Source of the DNA: Octopus vulgaris
Taxonomy: Eukaryota
Length of the DNA stretch: 64,000 nt
Direction: 5' to 3'
NCBI GenBank assembly: GCA_951406725.2
Contig: OX597814.1
Coordinates: 138,136,001-138,200,000, forward strand
Shown: positions 38,884 through 53,707 of the stretch, in pieces
Layout of the letters: each line of letters begins with the position of its first letter
Numbering within the stretch: the stretch's first letter is position 1
Program-made: the position numbers and the translations under genes
The notes under the pieces: model-generated
What the model was told of the DNA's origin: nothing
Databases searched by the model: none
Seen by the model: only the letters and a program-made list of their open reading frames with translations

Positions 38884-39687
38884 GTGAGTAACTTAATGTA
38901 CGAATGTCTCTTCCCAAATTATAATGCTACCCCAGCACTATCTGCTGGCTATGTATGATCCCCACCCTTCCATTTATATTATACATGCTGCACCAGTGCC
39001 ATCTGCTGGTTAAAAAATTCTGCTGTCATTTCTTGATGTGATACTAGAATTAACTTTTTTTTATTTTTCAATAACTGCTAAACAATAGATTCTGCTCAAA
39101 AAAAAAAAAGAACAAGTATTCTTTTTCTTGCAAATAGCTTTGGAATTGCTCCTTTCTTTTTTTTCTTTTTCTTCCCTATCTGTGTCTCCATCTTGAAATG
39201 TTTAACAGCAGGTTTGGTTTCAGTTGTGTGGAAAGCCTTTTAATTTTATCTTCTTAAAATAAGTTCTTCATTTTTTTTTTATAGCAGTTTCATTCAATTT
39301 CTTTTTACTTTCTCTGGCTTAATACTTTCCTTTATCAGCATGTCAACAAACACACCCTATCTTGCCATGTTACTTTCCTTTATATTGTTGTTTGAATAAT
39401 AATTCTTGCTTTCTCAACTCCCTACAGATATTATCTGCCCTCAACCATTGCATCCTTCTGTGGAAATTTTATTCAAATCACTTTCCCCGTCCCAGAATAA
39501 AAAGAAAATCTTTCTCTTGCATCTCTCTTCCAAGGAGTGGACCAGAATTGAAAGCTGTTTTAATATTTTATCTTGCTAATGTAACATGCTTGCAGTTTTT
39601 TTTCTTCTTTTTGTTTTTCTTATTTCTACACATCAGCTGCCTGTTCCCCCATAAGTCTGCCCTTTTCTTTCCTTTATGTATTTTTAG

Positions 39688-39791
39688 ACATTTGCAGACA
39701 AAACACTGGGAGTTATGGCCTGGATTATGCCACTGTTTGTTTCCTGTTCAACATTTGGTGGTTTAAATGGTGCTATCTTTGCTGGCTCCAG
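39688..39791 (+). CDS. SLC7 LAT-type transporter, internal exon B (TM8)
   Basis: tttttag|ACA acceptor and AG|gtaagc donor; 104 bp; [34 protein letters not shown](R); in frame with exon A. Not recovered in frame by the ORF track. Confidence 0.95.
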
Positions 39792-41159
39792 GTAAGCATT
39801 AAATTTCCTTTTTACATATCATTTTTTCTCATTATCTGTCTAGTATTTACAACAATGCTGCAACTATTTTGAATTGAAGTCATTGTTAAACCAATTAAAG
39901 TACCAGTTTTTTTTTTAGCTTTAACAGACTAATTTCATTCCTGGAAAAGTGAGTGTTTACAGATTTAAAGCTTGCCAAACTCAATGCTTATGTATTCACA
40001 TTGTTATGAATTAATCATGCGTTATTATCTCATAGATTTGGGATTTTGATGATGTGATTGCTTATTTTTCAAATGACATAGTAGAGTAGGTGTGAGAGGC
40101 TGGATATGGCCAGTTTTAATGCTAAAGAGTTAAGTGAGTGTTTTCAGTGTTTACAGATTTAAATCTAAACTATATTGCAACTAGTTTGTGTTGGATTTAC
40201 AACCGTGAAGATGTCTACTTTATATACTTACCCAATGGAATATACCAGCAGCATTTGGGGCTGTATCAAGAACAAGAACTTAAGAATTATATATGAGCAA
40301 ACATTTCTGGGGTGGTGGTAGGTTAAGAGTTCCATATAAACAAAATTGTTTTAAAATAAGTTTTATTAAAACTATAGTTGCTGTAACACCCAATTTGAGA
40401 TAACATACAGTCGTAATAGTTGAGTGGTAGTTGTGTTTATCTTGCATGGTAGAAGTGGATAGGCTTAACTATTACACCTAATATTGTGTGAAGAGAGGAA
40501 GCTCAAGGTGGTGAAACAAATATCCAGTTTCTTAACTCACAAACACAAATTGACAGTGATAGGGTTTCAGTGTTGATGTGAAAAATATATAATAGTTCTT
40601 AAGACTGAAGACAGCTTTGGTCTTTGAAACTTTCACAGGAGTAAATATATCTGCTTGACTTGCAGAGAAAAGTAATCTTTTATAAAGTCAAAGTTTGGAA
40701 TCTTATGTGGTGATATGCATTAGCTACAGTCAACCAATATGAGAGTTTTGAGAAAAACCTGTTTAAGTTCAGGTGTCATGAGGAGTTAAGAACCCAATGT
40801 TTTTGAGCCATTTGTCTGAGCGTGAGAAAGAAAAACACAATGGTGTTGTTTTAATTGTGTGTAAAAGAAGAAAAAGTGCAGATTGAATGACAAATATGAG
40901 GGTCCTTGGTTGATGAAAGGCCACCAGGAAACTTCTCAACAATATCAGAAGATAGTCATCTAATCACCATAAAGCACTACCCTAACTGTCACTTCTACAA
41001 ATTTATTACAACATTGTCTGCAGTTTCAGTGAACTTGCCTCCATAGTAAATACATCCATCTTATCAACATCCACACTAGATTTTTTTTTAACAGTTTTGT
41101 CCCAAACAAGGCTTGAGGCCACTTGTAACATAAGGAATTACAAAGAATGAAAAGAAAAG

Positions 41160-41960
41160 ATCTACAAATTCAAAAGACATCAATTGACAGAAAGTTTAAA
41201 GGACTAAAAAGCTCAGAGGAAAGCAAGATGATGGAAGTGAGTTCCAGCGAGTTCAAAGGAAGGAAGCTATTAGAGTAAAAGGACTTATGACTTGCAGGGA
41301 GCTTAGCAGAGAAATGATGCATCAGGGAAGAGAAGCAGGTGTAGGTGATCATTATAAACATTCTTGATCAGCACGTTTCTATAACTCAGTGATTATAGTG
41401 AGAAAATGAGTTGCAAGGAAGGGAATTGAAAGCAGTAAGTATTCTAGACAGAAAGGTCGTATAATTTGTGGTGGATAGTTAATGAAATCAACCTTAGTAC
41501 TTGAACTGTTGTATGGGGATGGGTGTGTCTCTACACTTGGATTGATAATATTTCATTTTTTAAAAATTATACTCAAAATCCAGTTATAACTATGGATTAA
41601 CTCTATTAGTACTCTGAGTTTCTTGGACCCTACTACTTTGTGTTTCCTGTTTCCTGCACATTCTTCGGTGGCATTGGAAGAACATGTATGAAATAAGAAA
41701 CCCAGTGTTGTGATAGAGTGAAGCCTCAGCTTTGAATGAATGGGTGAATGTATGAATGAATATACTTGTTATGGTATTTGTAGTATAAGAGAGTGGTTGA
41801 TTTGCATAGAAAAGTAGTAACCTTTTATATAGTAAGACTGAGAGAAGTGAATGAGAATGGATCAAATGTATTCAAATGTCGGAGTGGCAGACAATTTACT
41901 AGATTATACAAAAGTACAGAAACCATTGTAGCTGCAGTAGATGGAACAGACAGTATATAT
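41160..41960 (-). mobile_element. Highly degenerate CR1/L2/Jockey-like LINE ORF2 3' remnant
   Basis: Only an SFYSNSFLP...NSL-like C-terminal motif is recognisable. Confidence 0.4.
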
Positions 41961-44900
41961 GTTTCAATCTGCTAGTGATCACAGTATATATAATTGTTCG
42001 CTTATCAATTAATTGTATAGCCTTTGTGAAATGGGTACACTGTAAATTGTCTGCGTACATGGCATCTGCACTGGTCTAGATCAATGCGAGTAACCCTTTG
42101 ATGTGCAGCACACTTCTGTCTTGAATAGGTATGTATCTTTGTGCACACCTGTGTGCATTTATGTGCACGTGTGTAGGTGTGTATGAAAAATATGTCAAAG
42201 ATTTATCTCCTCACACCTGAAATAATAAAAGGCTGTGCCAAAAAATTATAGCAGACAGTCTATGAGGAATGATAGATATATCTCTTTGAAGAAGTGTTTT
42301 GCATAAATGTCTTGTTTTTTTATAAATTCTCTGCTCTCATCTGAAGTGGGATACCATTGTTTTAGCCCAAGCAAAGGTAAGTAAGTAATAACAAACTACC
42401 TTACCCACCACCATGTATTACCCCTACCTCATATTATTTCTTGCATCAGCAACACATGCCAGTCTGTTCGTAACTTTGTCTACTTTATTCAAGATGATCT
42501 GTCTTCAACACATTGACAGAAGGCTGTGTTGTTTCAGTTGTATTTTAGTTTATTTTGTTTATTTGTCTATTTATTTTCATGTTGTTGTAAACATTGTTAT
42601 TCCCTCCACCTGCAACCATTTTTTGTCTTTCCTACATCAACCCTTGTCCTTGATTGTTTATGAGATAATTTTACAAGTGTTCATGCCTAGAGACAGTTTT
42701 ATTTTTCAATGTGAGGGAAGACAAACCAGCTCACAAAGCATGTAAAAGAGCTTGTCAGCAAATCATGATGAAGGGGATTGATTATTGTACAAATACAAAA
42801 TACAAAGAAGTAAAGGTTAGGTTAACTTATGCACAAACAACAGGTAGCATTAAACTAACAGTATTTGAAAATTACTATTAAAACTCTATTGTTTTTTGCC
42901 CCACAAAATATATTTCAACAAGATCATACAAAAGAGCACTGTAAATCAGTGACATAGCTATAGTGTGTACCACTTTTGGCAACTTTTGAGTTTGTGCTCC
43001 CCATTCACACCATGCCCCTAAGCCTATGCAGACTTATGCAGCAGACCCAAAAGTGCTGACACCATTAAAACATCACCAGGATCAAACTGCCCCCGTCCCT
43101 TGCACTTGCTCCTAACAATGCCTCTGTAGTGGATCTTGCATGCATGAAGTGGATTCGATCCACCGCAGCCAAATTTAAATTAACACTGCAACAGAACTTT
43201 TCCCACAGTGGAACAATGGTTTTTCTCTGACAGCAGTTTTACATTTTCCAGATGCCTTTAGCCAGGCTGAAATAATGTCGTCACCTCTTGACCCTTTCTA
43301 ACCTCTTCTACTTCACCAAAAGCTAGAATAGAGATAACAAGACCACCAACTAAATCTATTGTTCTCAGTGATATGTCTATCCTTCTGGATAGTTATAAAA
43401 GCAAGAACACCCCAAGCAAAAGTCAGTCGGTGATGACCAGCTAGAACCTTGGTCAGAGGGAGAAATGAAGTTTACTGTCAGCAACTGCAAGACAACGTCC
43501 CACACTCTACAACTCTCACTAGCTCTAATTCTGTTCTCTTACAACATCATTCTATGTCTCTCTGTAATTACTACTAAACAATAAAGAGGACACAAACACA
43601 AACTTTACTTCACATACTTTTGTTTTTATCATAACCTGCCTGTCGAGGCAAGGTATTGTAACGTAATGGTAAATAAATATTTCCTTAAAACTTCATGCAT
43701 TGTCCATCTTTCACATCTTACAACTTGCCGTTATAACAACAAATTTTTATCGTTACAACTGCTGACTCCGGCATTTCATAATATTGTTTAATAATCAATC
43801 TTACCTGTTGTAATTGATAACTTCACTAATATAAACCTAACCGTTACACCTCTCCTGTAACTTAGCTAATGTATCCATTATTAACCATAGCAATGTTTTG
43901 GAAGTTTTACATTCAATCCAAAGATAATCCTTGGCTGGGAAAAAAAAATGGAAAAAATTAGTCAGAAGCAGATATGCTGTGGACTTCAGCATTTATCCAT
44001 AATGATCATTTTTATACCAAAGTTGAATTTGTTTTAGGCAACATAGCAAATAATGGGAAAAGTTGTTCAGCTCCTAAATCTTGTTATCCAAGATACAGAG
44101 TCAAAAGCTGAATTGTTCTACAATACCTTAGGAGGAATTTGAAGCGCCAAATGTCATGCTTTCTTTGAAAGCTTCATGGCTGATAAATTTCAAAGTGCAA
44201 CAATATGCTCTGGACGATATGAAGAGTCAAAAGCTGTGGTGGAACAATTAGCTCATATTATAAAAGCATTGCAAAACACCAAAATATAAATGTGGATAGC
44301 AGTGCATTATTGAATGCTATTATGTAATTTTGACTTCTTGATTGGACTAATTTTGCTGAAAATAATACTGTGGAATGAATCTTAGGGATATGCTTCACAT
44401 TCGCAGCAAATTAGCAATGGTATAAGTGACGACTATTTTTGTTTCCTCTAAGATTCATCTCACATCAGGACTGTATGTTTTTATTTTGCCTTGCATGGTA
44501 CTTGGTGACCCTGCTGGTAGTGGTACCACATAAAAAGTACCAATGCTGGTATCATGTAAAAAAACACTGGTGCTGGTGCCACATAAAAAAGCACTGGTGC
44601 TAGTGCCACGTAAAAAGCTCCCAGTATACTCCATAAAGTGGTTGGTATTAAGAAGGGCATCCAACTGTAGAAACCATGCCAAAAGAGACAATGAACTTGG
44701 TATGGTCCCTCACCATACCAGCTTTTTTCAAGGCATCCAACCCATGCCAGCATGGAAAACATATTCAATGATGATATGGTTTTCTTTCTATTTTTGTATA
44801 GTTAGGGTTAGGGTTATTTTGGTGTGTGTATATATATATATATATAATGTCATTACTAATGTTAGACCTCTCAACTATAAAGTGAGGAATGCTTTATCTA

Positions 44901-45189
44901 TTTTCAGTTAAGTTCATTTGTTTTCATTTGAAAGCTTTATAGACCACTAAACCACATATTGATGCATCAGTGATGCATGCAATCTGTAGTTGTCATTTTT
45001 CTCTATTCTTTCCTCTTTGACGTCAGTTTTCCAGTTCACTGTAAATTCATTGTGAGCACATAATTTTTACTGTATTTCTAGTTAATTTTTTTTTTCTGAT
45101 TCTACTTTTAAAAGTAATTAGCGTTAAGCAATTTTTCGTCTTTGAATATTTTCTTCTTTGTTTAATAAAATACAATGCACTTTTAAAAC

Positions 45190-45490
45190 GATAAACGTCG
45201 CCCTTATCAAGCCTAGTCAGGCTCATGGGCCCAGTTTCCCAGTTTCTGTGACGTATGTGTTCGTCCCAGCTGGATGGGATGCCAGTCCATCACAGCGTTA
45301 CTCAAGAAACAGGAAGAAAAGAGTGAGAGAAAGTTGGGGCAAAAGAGTACAACAGGGGTCACTACCACCCCTTGCCGGAGCCTCGTAGAGCTTTTAGGTG
45401 TTTTCACTCAATAAACACACACAACACCTGGTCTTGGGAATCAGAACTGCGAGTCTGCTGCCCTAACCACTGGGCCATTGCACCTCCACA
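45190..45490 (-). mobile_element. tRNA-derived SINE with V-domain-like segment
   Basis: Reverse complement of the head at 60502-60660 (gcgcaatggcccagtggttagggcagc); contains gatggactggcatcccatccagc; partial copy at 47620-47735. Confidence 0.75.
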
Positions 45491-45607
45491 ATGTACTTTT
45501 ACTACAAATAAATACTTTTAATAATTTTTAGCAATTTACTCTATAGAAAAAAGGCCTGCTTATCTGTTAGGTTCAATGATGAATTTACTGTGATATATTT
45601 GGTAAAT

Positions 45608-47030
45608 AGATTAAAAGAAATTTCGGGTGTGGAAGCAAGGGTTAGAATCAAAGGGCCTTAGAGTAAATGTAGCAAAAACCAAAGTAATAGTAAGCAGCAA
45701 GGCGTACTCAGCACACACCCCCTCGGGTAGGTGGCCCTGCTCAATCTGTAGGAAAGGTACAGGTAGAAACTCCATAAGATGCACCCAATGTAAGCTATGG
45801 ACGCATAAGAGGTGCAGCAACATTAAAGGGAAATTAACAGATAAGATAGCTTTCATGTGCGGCAGATGCACAGGGGCAATAGACACAACAGACACTCAGA
45901 AAACAGATTCCATCACACTCCATGGAGAGAAACTAGAAGTAGTTGATAGTTTCCGCTACCTGGGTGACCAAGTTAGTAGCGGAGGTGGATGCACAGAGAG
46001 TATCACCACTAGAATACGAATAGCCTGGGCAAAGTTCAGAAAGCTCCTACCCCTACTGGCGGCAAAGGGTCTCTCCCTCGGAGCGAAAGGTAGATTGTAT
46101 GATGCATGTGTGCAAACTGCCATGCTTCATGGTAATGAAACATGGGCTGTGACTGCAGAGGACATGTGTAGACTTGAAAGAAATGAAGCTAGCATGATCC
46201 ACTGGATGTGTAGTGTCAGTGTGCACACACGACAGAGTGTAAGCATCCTGAGAGAAATGCTGGATATAAGAAGCATCAGATGTGGTGTGCAAGAGCGATG
46301 CTTGCGATGGTATGGTCATGTGCTGCGGATGGATGAAGAGAGATGTGTGAAGAAGTGCCACTCCCAAACAGTTGAAGGTATCAGGGGAGAGGTAGACCCA
46401 GGAAGACATGGGATGAGGTAGTCAAGCATGACCTCAGAGCATTGGGCCTCACTGAGGCAATGGCGAAGGACCGAGATCTCTGGAGATATGCTGTGACTGC
46501 AAAGACCCGGGCTGCTTCCTGCATCAGTTCCACATAGCCCCTGCCCATTCAAAGTACCCCGGATCCCAGATCGTCCTGCTGTGCCTGAGGAGATCTCTTG
46601 AGTCAAGTACATGAACATGAACGTCGAAATAAATATCAATGGAAATAGGAGTTATGATGCCTGTGCCGGTGGCACATAAAAAGTACTATCCGAACGTGGC
46701 TGATGCCAGCGCTGCCCCGACTGGCCTCTGTGTCGGTAAGACCATCCGAACGTTGCCAGCGCCGCCTTGGCTGGCTCCCGTGCCGCTGGCATGTTAAAAG
46801 CTCGAACCGATCGTGACCGATGCCGGACCCCCCCGGCCCCTGTGCAGGTGGCACGTAAAAGCACCCACTCCACTCGTGGAGTGGTTGGCGTTAGGAAGGG
46901 CATCCAGCTGTAGAAACTCTGCCAGATCAGACTGGAGCCTGGAGCGGCCCCTGGCTTCCCAGACCCCGGTCGAACCGTCCAACCCATGCTAGTGCGGAAA
47001 ACGGACGTTAAACGATGATGATGATGATGA
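45608..47030 (+). mobile_element. 5'-truncated RTE-clade LINE, relatively young
   Basis: 264-aa open stretch KGLRVNVAKTK...FRYLGD...AMLHGNETW...LRWYGHVLR; CpG-rich 3' UTR; (GAT)n tail. Confidence 0.93.
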
Positions 47031-48175
47031 AAGGCATATAGCTCAGTGGTTAGAATGTTTTGGGTTTACAATTGTAAAGTTGTGAGTTCAATTCCTAAAC
47101 TGGGCTGTGTGTTACAATCTTAAGCAATTATTTCACATTGCTCCAGTTCACTCAGCTGTATTACAAATTGTGACATCACTGGTGCCAAACTGTATTGGCC
47201 TTTGCCTTTCTCTTGGACAACATCGGTTGTGTGAAGAGGGGAGACAGTCGACATTAATGAATACCTCTCAGTCAACTCCTCCTCCCCCTCCTCTTGAACA
47301 CCTTTATAGTTTGGCAACTCTTATTACCACTAAATTTTTTGTTTTGAGTCAGCACTGAAGTTTACCATATTTCATATATGAATACATCCGTGTAAACAAT
47401 GTGATTCAAGACAGAATAATAGGTAGTGGGTATATATGCATATTTCAGGAGTTATTTTGCTTATAGGAGCTGGAGTGACTTCATGGTAGGTAGCTTGTTT
47501 ACCAACCACATGGTACTGGGTTCAGTCCCACTGTGTGGCACCTTGGGCAAGTGTCTTCTATTGTAGCCTTGGGCTGACCAAAGCCTTGTGATTGGGTTTG
47601 GTAGACGGAAACTGAATATATAAAAACGATAAATGTCACCCTTTTCAAGCCTAGCCAGGCTCATGGCCCTGGTTTCCCGGTTTCTGTGGTGTATGTGTTC
47701 CCCCCAGCTGGATGGGACACTATTCCATCGCAGCATATATATATATATATATGTCTGTGTGTCTGTGTTTTTCCCCCCAACATCACTTGACAACCAATAC
47801 CGGTATGTTTACATTCCCGTAACTTAGTGGTTTGCCAAAAAGAAACCAATAGAATAAGTCCTGGGATCGATTTGCTCGACTAAAGGTGGTGCTTCAGCAT
47901 GGCTGCAGTCAAATGACTGAAACAAATAAAAGAATAAAAGAATATACACACACACACACAAAAGGCTTATGGCTCAGTGGTTAGAGTGTTTTGGGTTTAC
48001 AATTGTGAGGTTGTGAGTTCAATTCACAGACCAAGTGTGGGTTCAGTCACACTGTGTGGCACCTTGGGCAAGTTTCTACTTCTACAGCCTCAGGCCAACC
48101 AAAGCCTTGTGAGTGGATTTGGTAGACAGAAACTAAAAGAAGCCCATCATACATACATATATATATATATATATT

Positions 48176-48975
48176 TAATAATAATGATGATATGACAACA
48201 AAAGAATGAATGAGACTGCAATATTATGTAAATAGAGGAATTTATCTATAATATAATATGTGACAATTAGTTGGTTGCCAAATGAAACTCAGAGTTTCGG
48301 ATGTTGGGGCGGAAGTCTGCTCTGGCATCTCGTCAGTTATTAAGACAAACAAAAATGCTATGAAAATGACAGTTAAATAAAGGGAAATTACCCAAATAGG
48401 GAGAAATTTAATATACTCGAAGAAGGTAAACCCACACTCATAGAATCTGCATATGCGCGCATGTACATACATACAAATGCATGCATGTGCCTATATGCAT
48501 ATGCTCACTCACACTCGTGTGAAACACATACATGCACACACACCTATATGTATACATAATTGTACATGTATGGGTATATATAGGTGTGTGTGCATGTGTG
48601 TGGGTATGTATATGATGTGTACATGTGTATGGATGCATATATATGTATACATATAGGTGTGTATGCAAGTGTGCATGTATGTGTTTCACACAAGTGTGAA
48701 TATATGCATATATGCACATGCTCATGGGTGCGTGCGCGCGCATGTGTATTCATGTACATGCGTACATACGCGGATTCTATGAGCGTGGTTTTATCTTCTT
48801 CGAGTATTTTTAATTTCTCCCTATTCGGGTAATTTCCCTTTATTTAACGGTCATTTTCATAGCATTTTTGTTTGTCTTAATAACTGACAAGATGCCAGAG
48901 CAGACTTCCGTCCCGACATCCAAAACTCTGAGTTTTATTATGGCAACTGGCTAATTGTTACATATCATATTTTAT
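48176..48975. mobile_element. Penelope-like inverted-pLTR foldback element with two hammerhead motifs, inserted in a SINE microsatellite
   Basis: ~48243-48557 is the reverse complement of ~48642-48972; hammerhead motifs at 48280-48342 (-) and 48878-48940 (+). Confidence 0.8.
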
Positions 48976-50736
48976 ATATATATATATATTTATTTATGCA
49001 CATGTGTCTGTGTTTGTCTCCCCACCATTGCTTGACAACCGATGTTGGTGTATTTACATCTCCATAACTTAGTGGTTCAGCAAAAGTGACTGATAGAATC
49101 AGTAACAGGCTTACAAAGAATAAGTCCTGGGGTTGATTGCTTTGACTAAAAACACTTTAAGATGGTGCTCCAGCATGGCTGCAGTCAAAATGACTGAAGC
49201 AAATAAAAGACTATAGGTAAGTAGCTTGCTTACCAACCACGTGATTCTGGGTTCAGTCTCACTGCGTGGCACCTTGGGCAAGTATCTTGTACTATGGCCT
49301 CAGGCCAACCAAAGCCTTGTGATTGGATTTGGTAGACGGAAACTGAAGGAAGCCTGTCATATGTGTGTGTGTACATATATACATATATATATATATATAT
49401 GTATGTATGTTTGTGTGAGTGTGTTTGTGTGTCTGTGTTTGGCCCCCACCATCACTTGACAACCGATGCTGGTGTGTTTACATCCACGTAACTTAGCAGT
49501 TTGGCAAAAGAGACCGATAGAATTAGTACTAGGCTCACAAAGAATAAAGTCTTTGAGTTGATTTGTTCAACTAAAGGCGGTGCTCCAGCTTGGCCACAGT
49601 CAAATGACTGAAACAAGTAAAGGAATAAAGGAATATATACATATATGATATTTATTTACCAAATAATGATATATTTGGCATGATGATGGATTTACCATTG
49701 TTGTATTAGGCTCACAGTGTACTTAGTTTGCTATGAAATTACAGAGATGAATTTACCAAATATCCAGTCTTTTTTTTTTCTATGAAGCTGTTTTTACAGC
49801 TGGATACCTTTCCTACTTTTAAGCACTCAGTCTCTGCGTAAAAATGGAGGCTTTTTTAAGGAACCTCTTTGTCTGTAGGTATCAGTTGGCATTAATGAAT
49901 ATCTCTCAGCCAACTCCATATCTCCCTTTTCAACATGTTTTTCTTTTTTCCAAACTTGCTCCTTACCTTTCAAATTTGTTACTCTGCTTCACAAATTGTA
50001 AATGTTCTTATTAAGCATCTAAGCTGGCAAAATCATTATTGCAGCAGACAAATTGCTTAGCAACATTTCTTCCAACTCATTATGTCTTGAGTTCAAATTC
50101 CATCGAGGTCAACTTTTCCTTTCATCCTTTTAAGATCAATAAAACAAAGTACCAGTCAAGTATTGGAGATCAATGAAATCGACTTGCCTCCATCCCCTAA
50201 AATTGTTACTTTGTTCCAAAATTTGAAACCATTCACTTAGTTTTCTTCCTCTCCTCTGATCTTTACCTCTTCCCTTCTTGTTTTCAAAAAAATTCCTTGT
50301 GTTCTTCTTTCCATGCCCAACATATATCACTTTGTGACCCCACTCTCTTTTATTTTTCCATATTTTCTCTTACACCCTACCTTACTCTTCCTTATTTTTT
50401 CATTCTTCTCTCTTCCAATCTATCTACTCAGTACCATTAGGAAACATTACACCCCAAAATATTAGATTTTTCCCTTCTCATGGCAAGCCACTCTTAAACT
50501 AAGTACTATTTTCTTCAGATCACATTGATTGCTATAGCAGGTAGTGTTAGAAATTTAAAAAGTAATAGATTCTTGACATCAAGGTTCAGAGTTAAAACCT
50601 TACTACTTGAATTATCATATTAAGTCCTTAAGCAAAGTGCATAAATATGTTTGTTGTAGATGGTCTGTCACACCTTCCTAAATTACAGTTGTATAGTTGG
50701 TGATATGAGGACCATCCAGTTGCAAAAGCAAATATT

Positions 50737-51270
50737 CCAGCTTGTAAGCATCTTGTGAGATGCTTACACTCTGTCATAAATACACGCTGACATTGCATAT
50801 TCTCAGTGGTCACAGCCCATGTTTCATTGTCATGTAGCATGGCTGTTTGCACACAAGCATCATACAATCTGCCTTTCACTCTGAGGGAGAGATGCTTATT
50901 TACCAACAGAGGTAGGTGCTCTCTGAACTTTCCTCAGCCTATTCTTATTCTAGCAGCTCTGCTCTTGGAGCAGTCACCTCTGCTTCTGACTTGGTCACTG
51001 AGATAATGGGAGCTATCACCTACTTCTAGCTTTCCCCCTTAGCATTTGATGGAATTTTCTACCTATGGCTTTTCTACATATTGAACAGGACCATCTACCT
51101 GAAGGGATTTTTGATTTGTCTGCTTTCCTACTTACCAAGACTTTGGTTTTTCTAGATTAACTCTAAAGTCCTTTGATTCTAGACCTTGATTTCACACCTG
51201 AAATTTCTTCTCTAGTTCTGGTAGTGATTTCATTACAAGATCAAAGTCATCAGCATAGAGGAGCTCCCTC
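50737..51270 (-). mobile_element. RTE LINE fragment
   Basis: LSLRVKGRLYDACVQTAMLHDNETWAVT; an ELLYADD remnant lies near 51250. Confidence 0.85.
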
Positions 51271-52561
51271 TAATGTAGCTTAGTTTTAACCTTTTGATAC
51301 TAACCCACCTGAGACTAACCCTGATTCTATGATACACGCTTTCAGTTTTAAAGTGATTTAAAATAAAACTTATAAAAGTTTGATGTTAATTTATGTTCCA
51401 AACATCAGCTTAGTAATGGCAGGTTTTTTTTTACTAAATTCTTTATTATCTTAAAAATTAATTAAAACAATAGCAGTGTGTTTCGACAGAAATATGGAAA
51501 CATCTGTAAATCAAAGTGTGGTAGTCTTTAGTTGAGGTGATATGCAACTATCTAACTCAATATAGCAGAAGTCATTTATAGTAAGGCAAAGAGAGGAGAT
51601 AGTACAAGTATAGCAGAAGTTGACAGTCTTTATAAACTGGTATGTATGAGCAACTGCTGGTCTTCCACATATAACCCTGCCTGGACTTGTGCCTCAGAGG
51701 GAACTTTCTAGGTGCAATCCCATGGTCATTCATGACTGAAGAGGGTCTTTACCCTCTATGAAAAAAACACACACACACACACAGACAGACAGACAGACAG
51801 AGAGAGTAATATATATTAATGTTTGTTAACCAAAGGGTTAAGTTTGAACATCTGTCAGTTAAAGTTTGGTGGTCCTTAGTTGAGGTGGGATGCAACAAAT
51901 TCAGTGAAGCAGAGGTCATTATAGTAGTGATAAAAAACATAAAGAGAAGAGACAGCACAAGTATACCAGAGATTGGAGTGCATCAATGAATCTTTGCTAA
52001 TAATTTGGATAGTCTTCAGGTGTGTAACAGCTGTGTTGTCTCAGATACGGGAGCAGTGTCCCATTATTAGTGTTACTTGAGCTTTGTAAAGAGTTAACAC
52101 ATGATCCAAGCTGAAGTATTTTCTGGCTCTGAAGAGAAAGGCTAGTTTTTGGAGTGTAAGCTTAGTTATGTATGTGAAATCACCAGGAGAGACCATAGGG
52201 ATTTCTCTGCAGGTGTACTACTTAGGGGGACATTATTGTTTAGGAATGATGTGTAGGGGGAGTGTGGGAGCACTTCTTAGCCACTATTGTTCCCAAGTCT
52301 ACTCAGACCCAGAGTTGTAGTACCTGTCAGGATCCCTGCTATGGGTTAACTAGTATATTAGGGCTTGCTTACCAACGCATATGAAGATTGAATCCAGTTG
52401 ACTTTACGGAAGAAACCTTCATGGTTCAACAGAGAGGAAGGCATCTGCAACAATGCATTTTGGATTGCAGAGAGCAAGATGAAACTAGTAAGACATCTTG
52501 GTCTTCCACTGCATCTGTCTCCATCCTCATTTGTTTTGATCTGGTTTTGCCACTCTATTAC

Positions 52562-52776
52562 CCCTTTAGCATTTAGTTTATGCTGTCAAATGTAATACTT
52601 ATTTATTCATATTGTTTGAATTTATTACATATTAACTCATAGCTTTGAGATTTTGATGATGCAGCTGATTATTTTTACAATGGCATTATAGGGTAGGTGT
52701 GAGAAGCCAGCTCTGGCCAGTTTGAGCGTAAAACAGAACATTTTATCCAGATGTGGCTGGTTTAAATGCTAAAGGG
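52562..52776 (+). mobile_element. piggyBac-type MITE, family 2
   Basis: CCCTTTAGCATTTA ... TAAATGCTAAAGGG|TTAA. Confidence 0.85.
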
Positions 52777-53707
52777 TTAAAGTTGGTCACAGATGAGAGA
52801 GTGAGGTTGATGGTGCACAATTCTTCTTCACTCAAAATAAAGACACTGCACAGATCATCAGTCACCAGACAAGATGGACCTCATTAGAGCGGTGAGGATT
52901 TTCTTGTCCTTATGACTAGATGGTCATGGTGGATAAACATGAGGAAGATTGTGAAAAGTTGGTAGAGATCCTCTTAGTAAAGGCTCAAAAAGGACTGGGT
53001 GCTATTTGGAAGATGAAACAATTAGCAGGTTGTATAAAAGACATGATACAGTTTGAGGCCTGATACAGTTTGAGACTTTAAAGAGTAAAAAGTAATCTTG
53101 ATCTCCAACTTGACATAGGGATTTTGTTAGAACTTATTAGTTCTTCGTTTTTTTACCTTGAGAGAATCTCTCATAAGGACTTGTGGTGCATAAAAGCACT
53201 TGTAATTATATCGATGACAGACAAGAATCATCTGCTATGGCTACCAGAACTACCAGATCACATGATTTCACCCTGCTGTGGGTTCATCAGTGACAGATGT
53301 TCAGCAGTACTATAACAGCCAAATCTCCTGTCAATGATATATAATATAGAATATCAGTGTCTATTCAGGCACTGGTATTGCAAATAGCCTGTGGGCTTCT
53401 AACACAATGTCCATGTTAAGTTGAAGATCAAGATTACCATTTGGTATTAATAATGCTTCTGTCATTATTAATTATTTTCTAAAGGATAAACTTTCTCAAA
53501 ATATTGTTTTTTGCTTCATTTTTAATACTCTAGTACTGCCTTGTGTTATTAGTTATTTCATACTAGTTTTGCTTTAATATTTTGATTGTTATATTGCTTT
53601 GGTCTTATATTGTCTTGTCTGATATTTTTATTCCTTTCTGTCTGACAAAATGATCCTACAAGAGCAAATGCATAGCATGAATTTATTTGAATTTAATATT
53701 TGTTTAA

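Noticed and set aside
43700-44440. Possible DNA-transposon coding remnant
   Set aside because: Composition looks coding-like, but I could not identify any motif or terminus.
44801-44815. TTAGGG telomeric repeat
   Set aside because: Only two units; not an interstitial telomere array.
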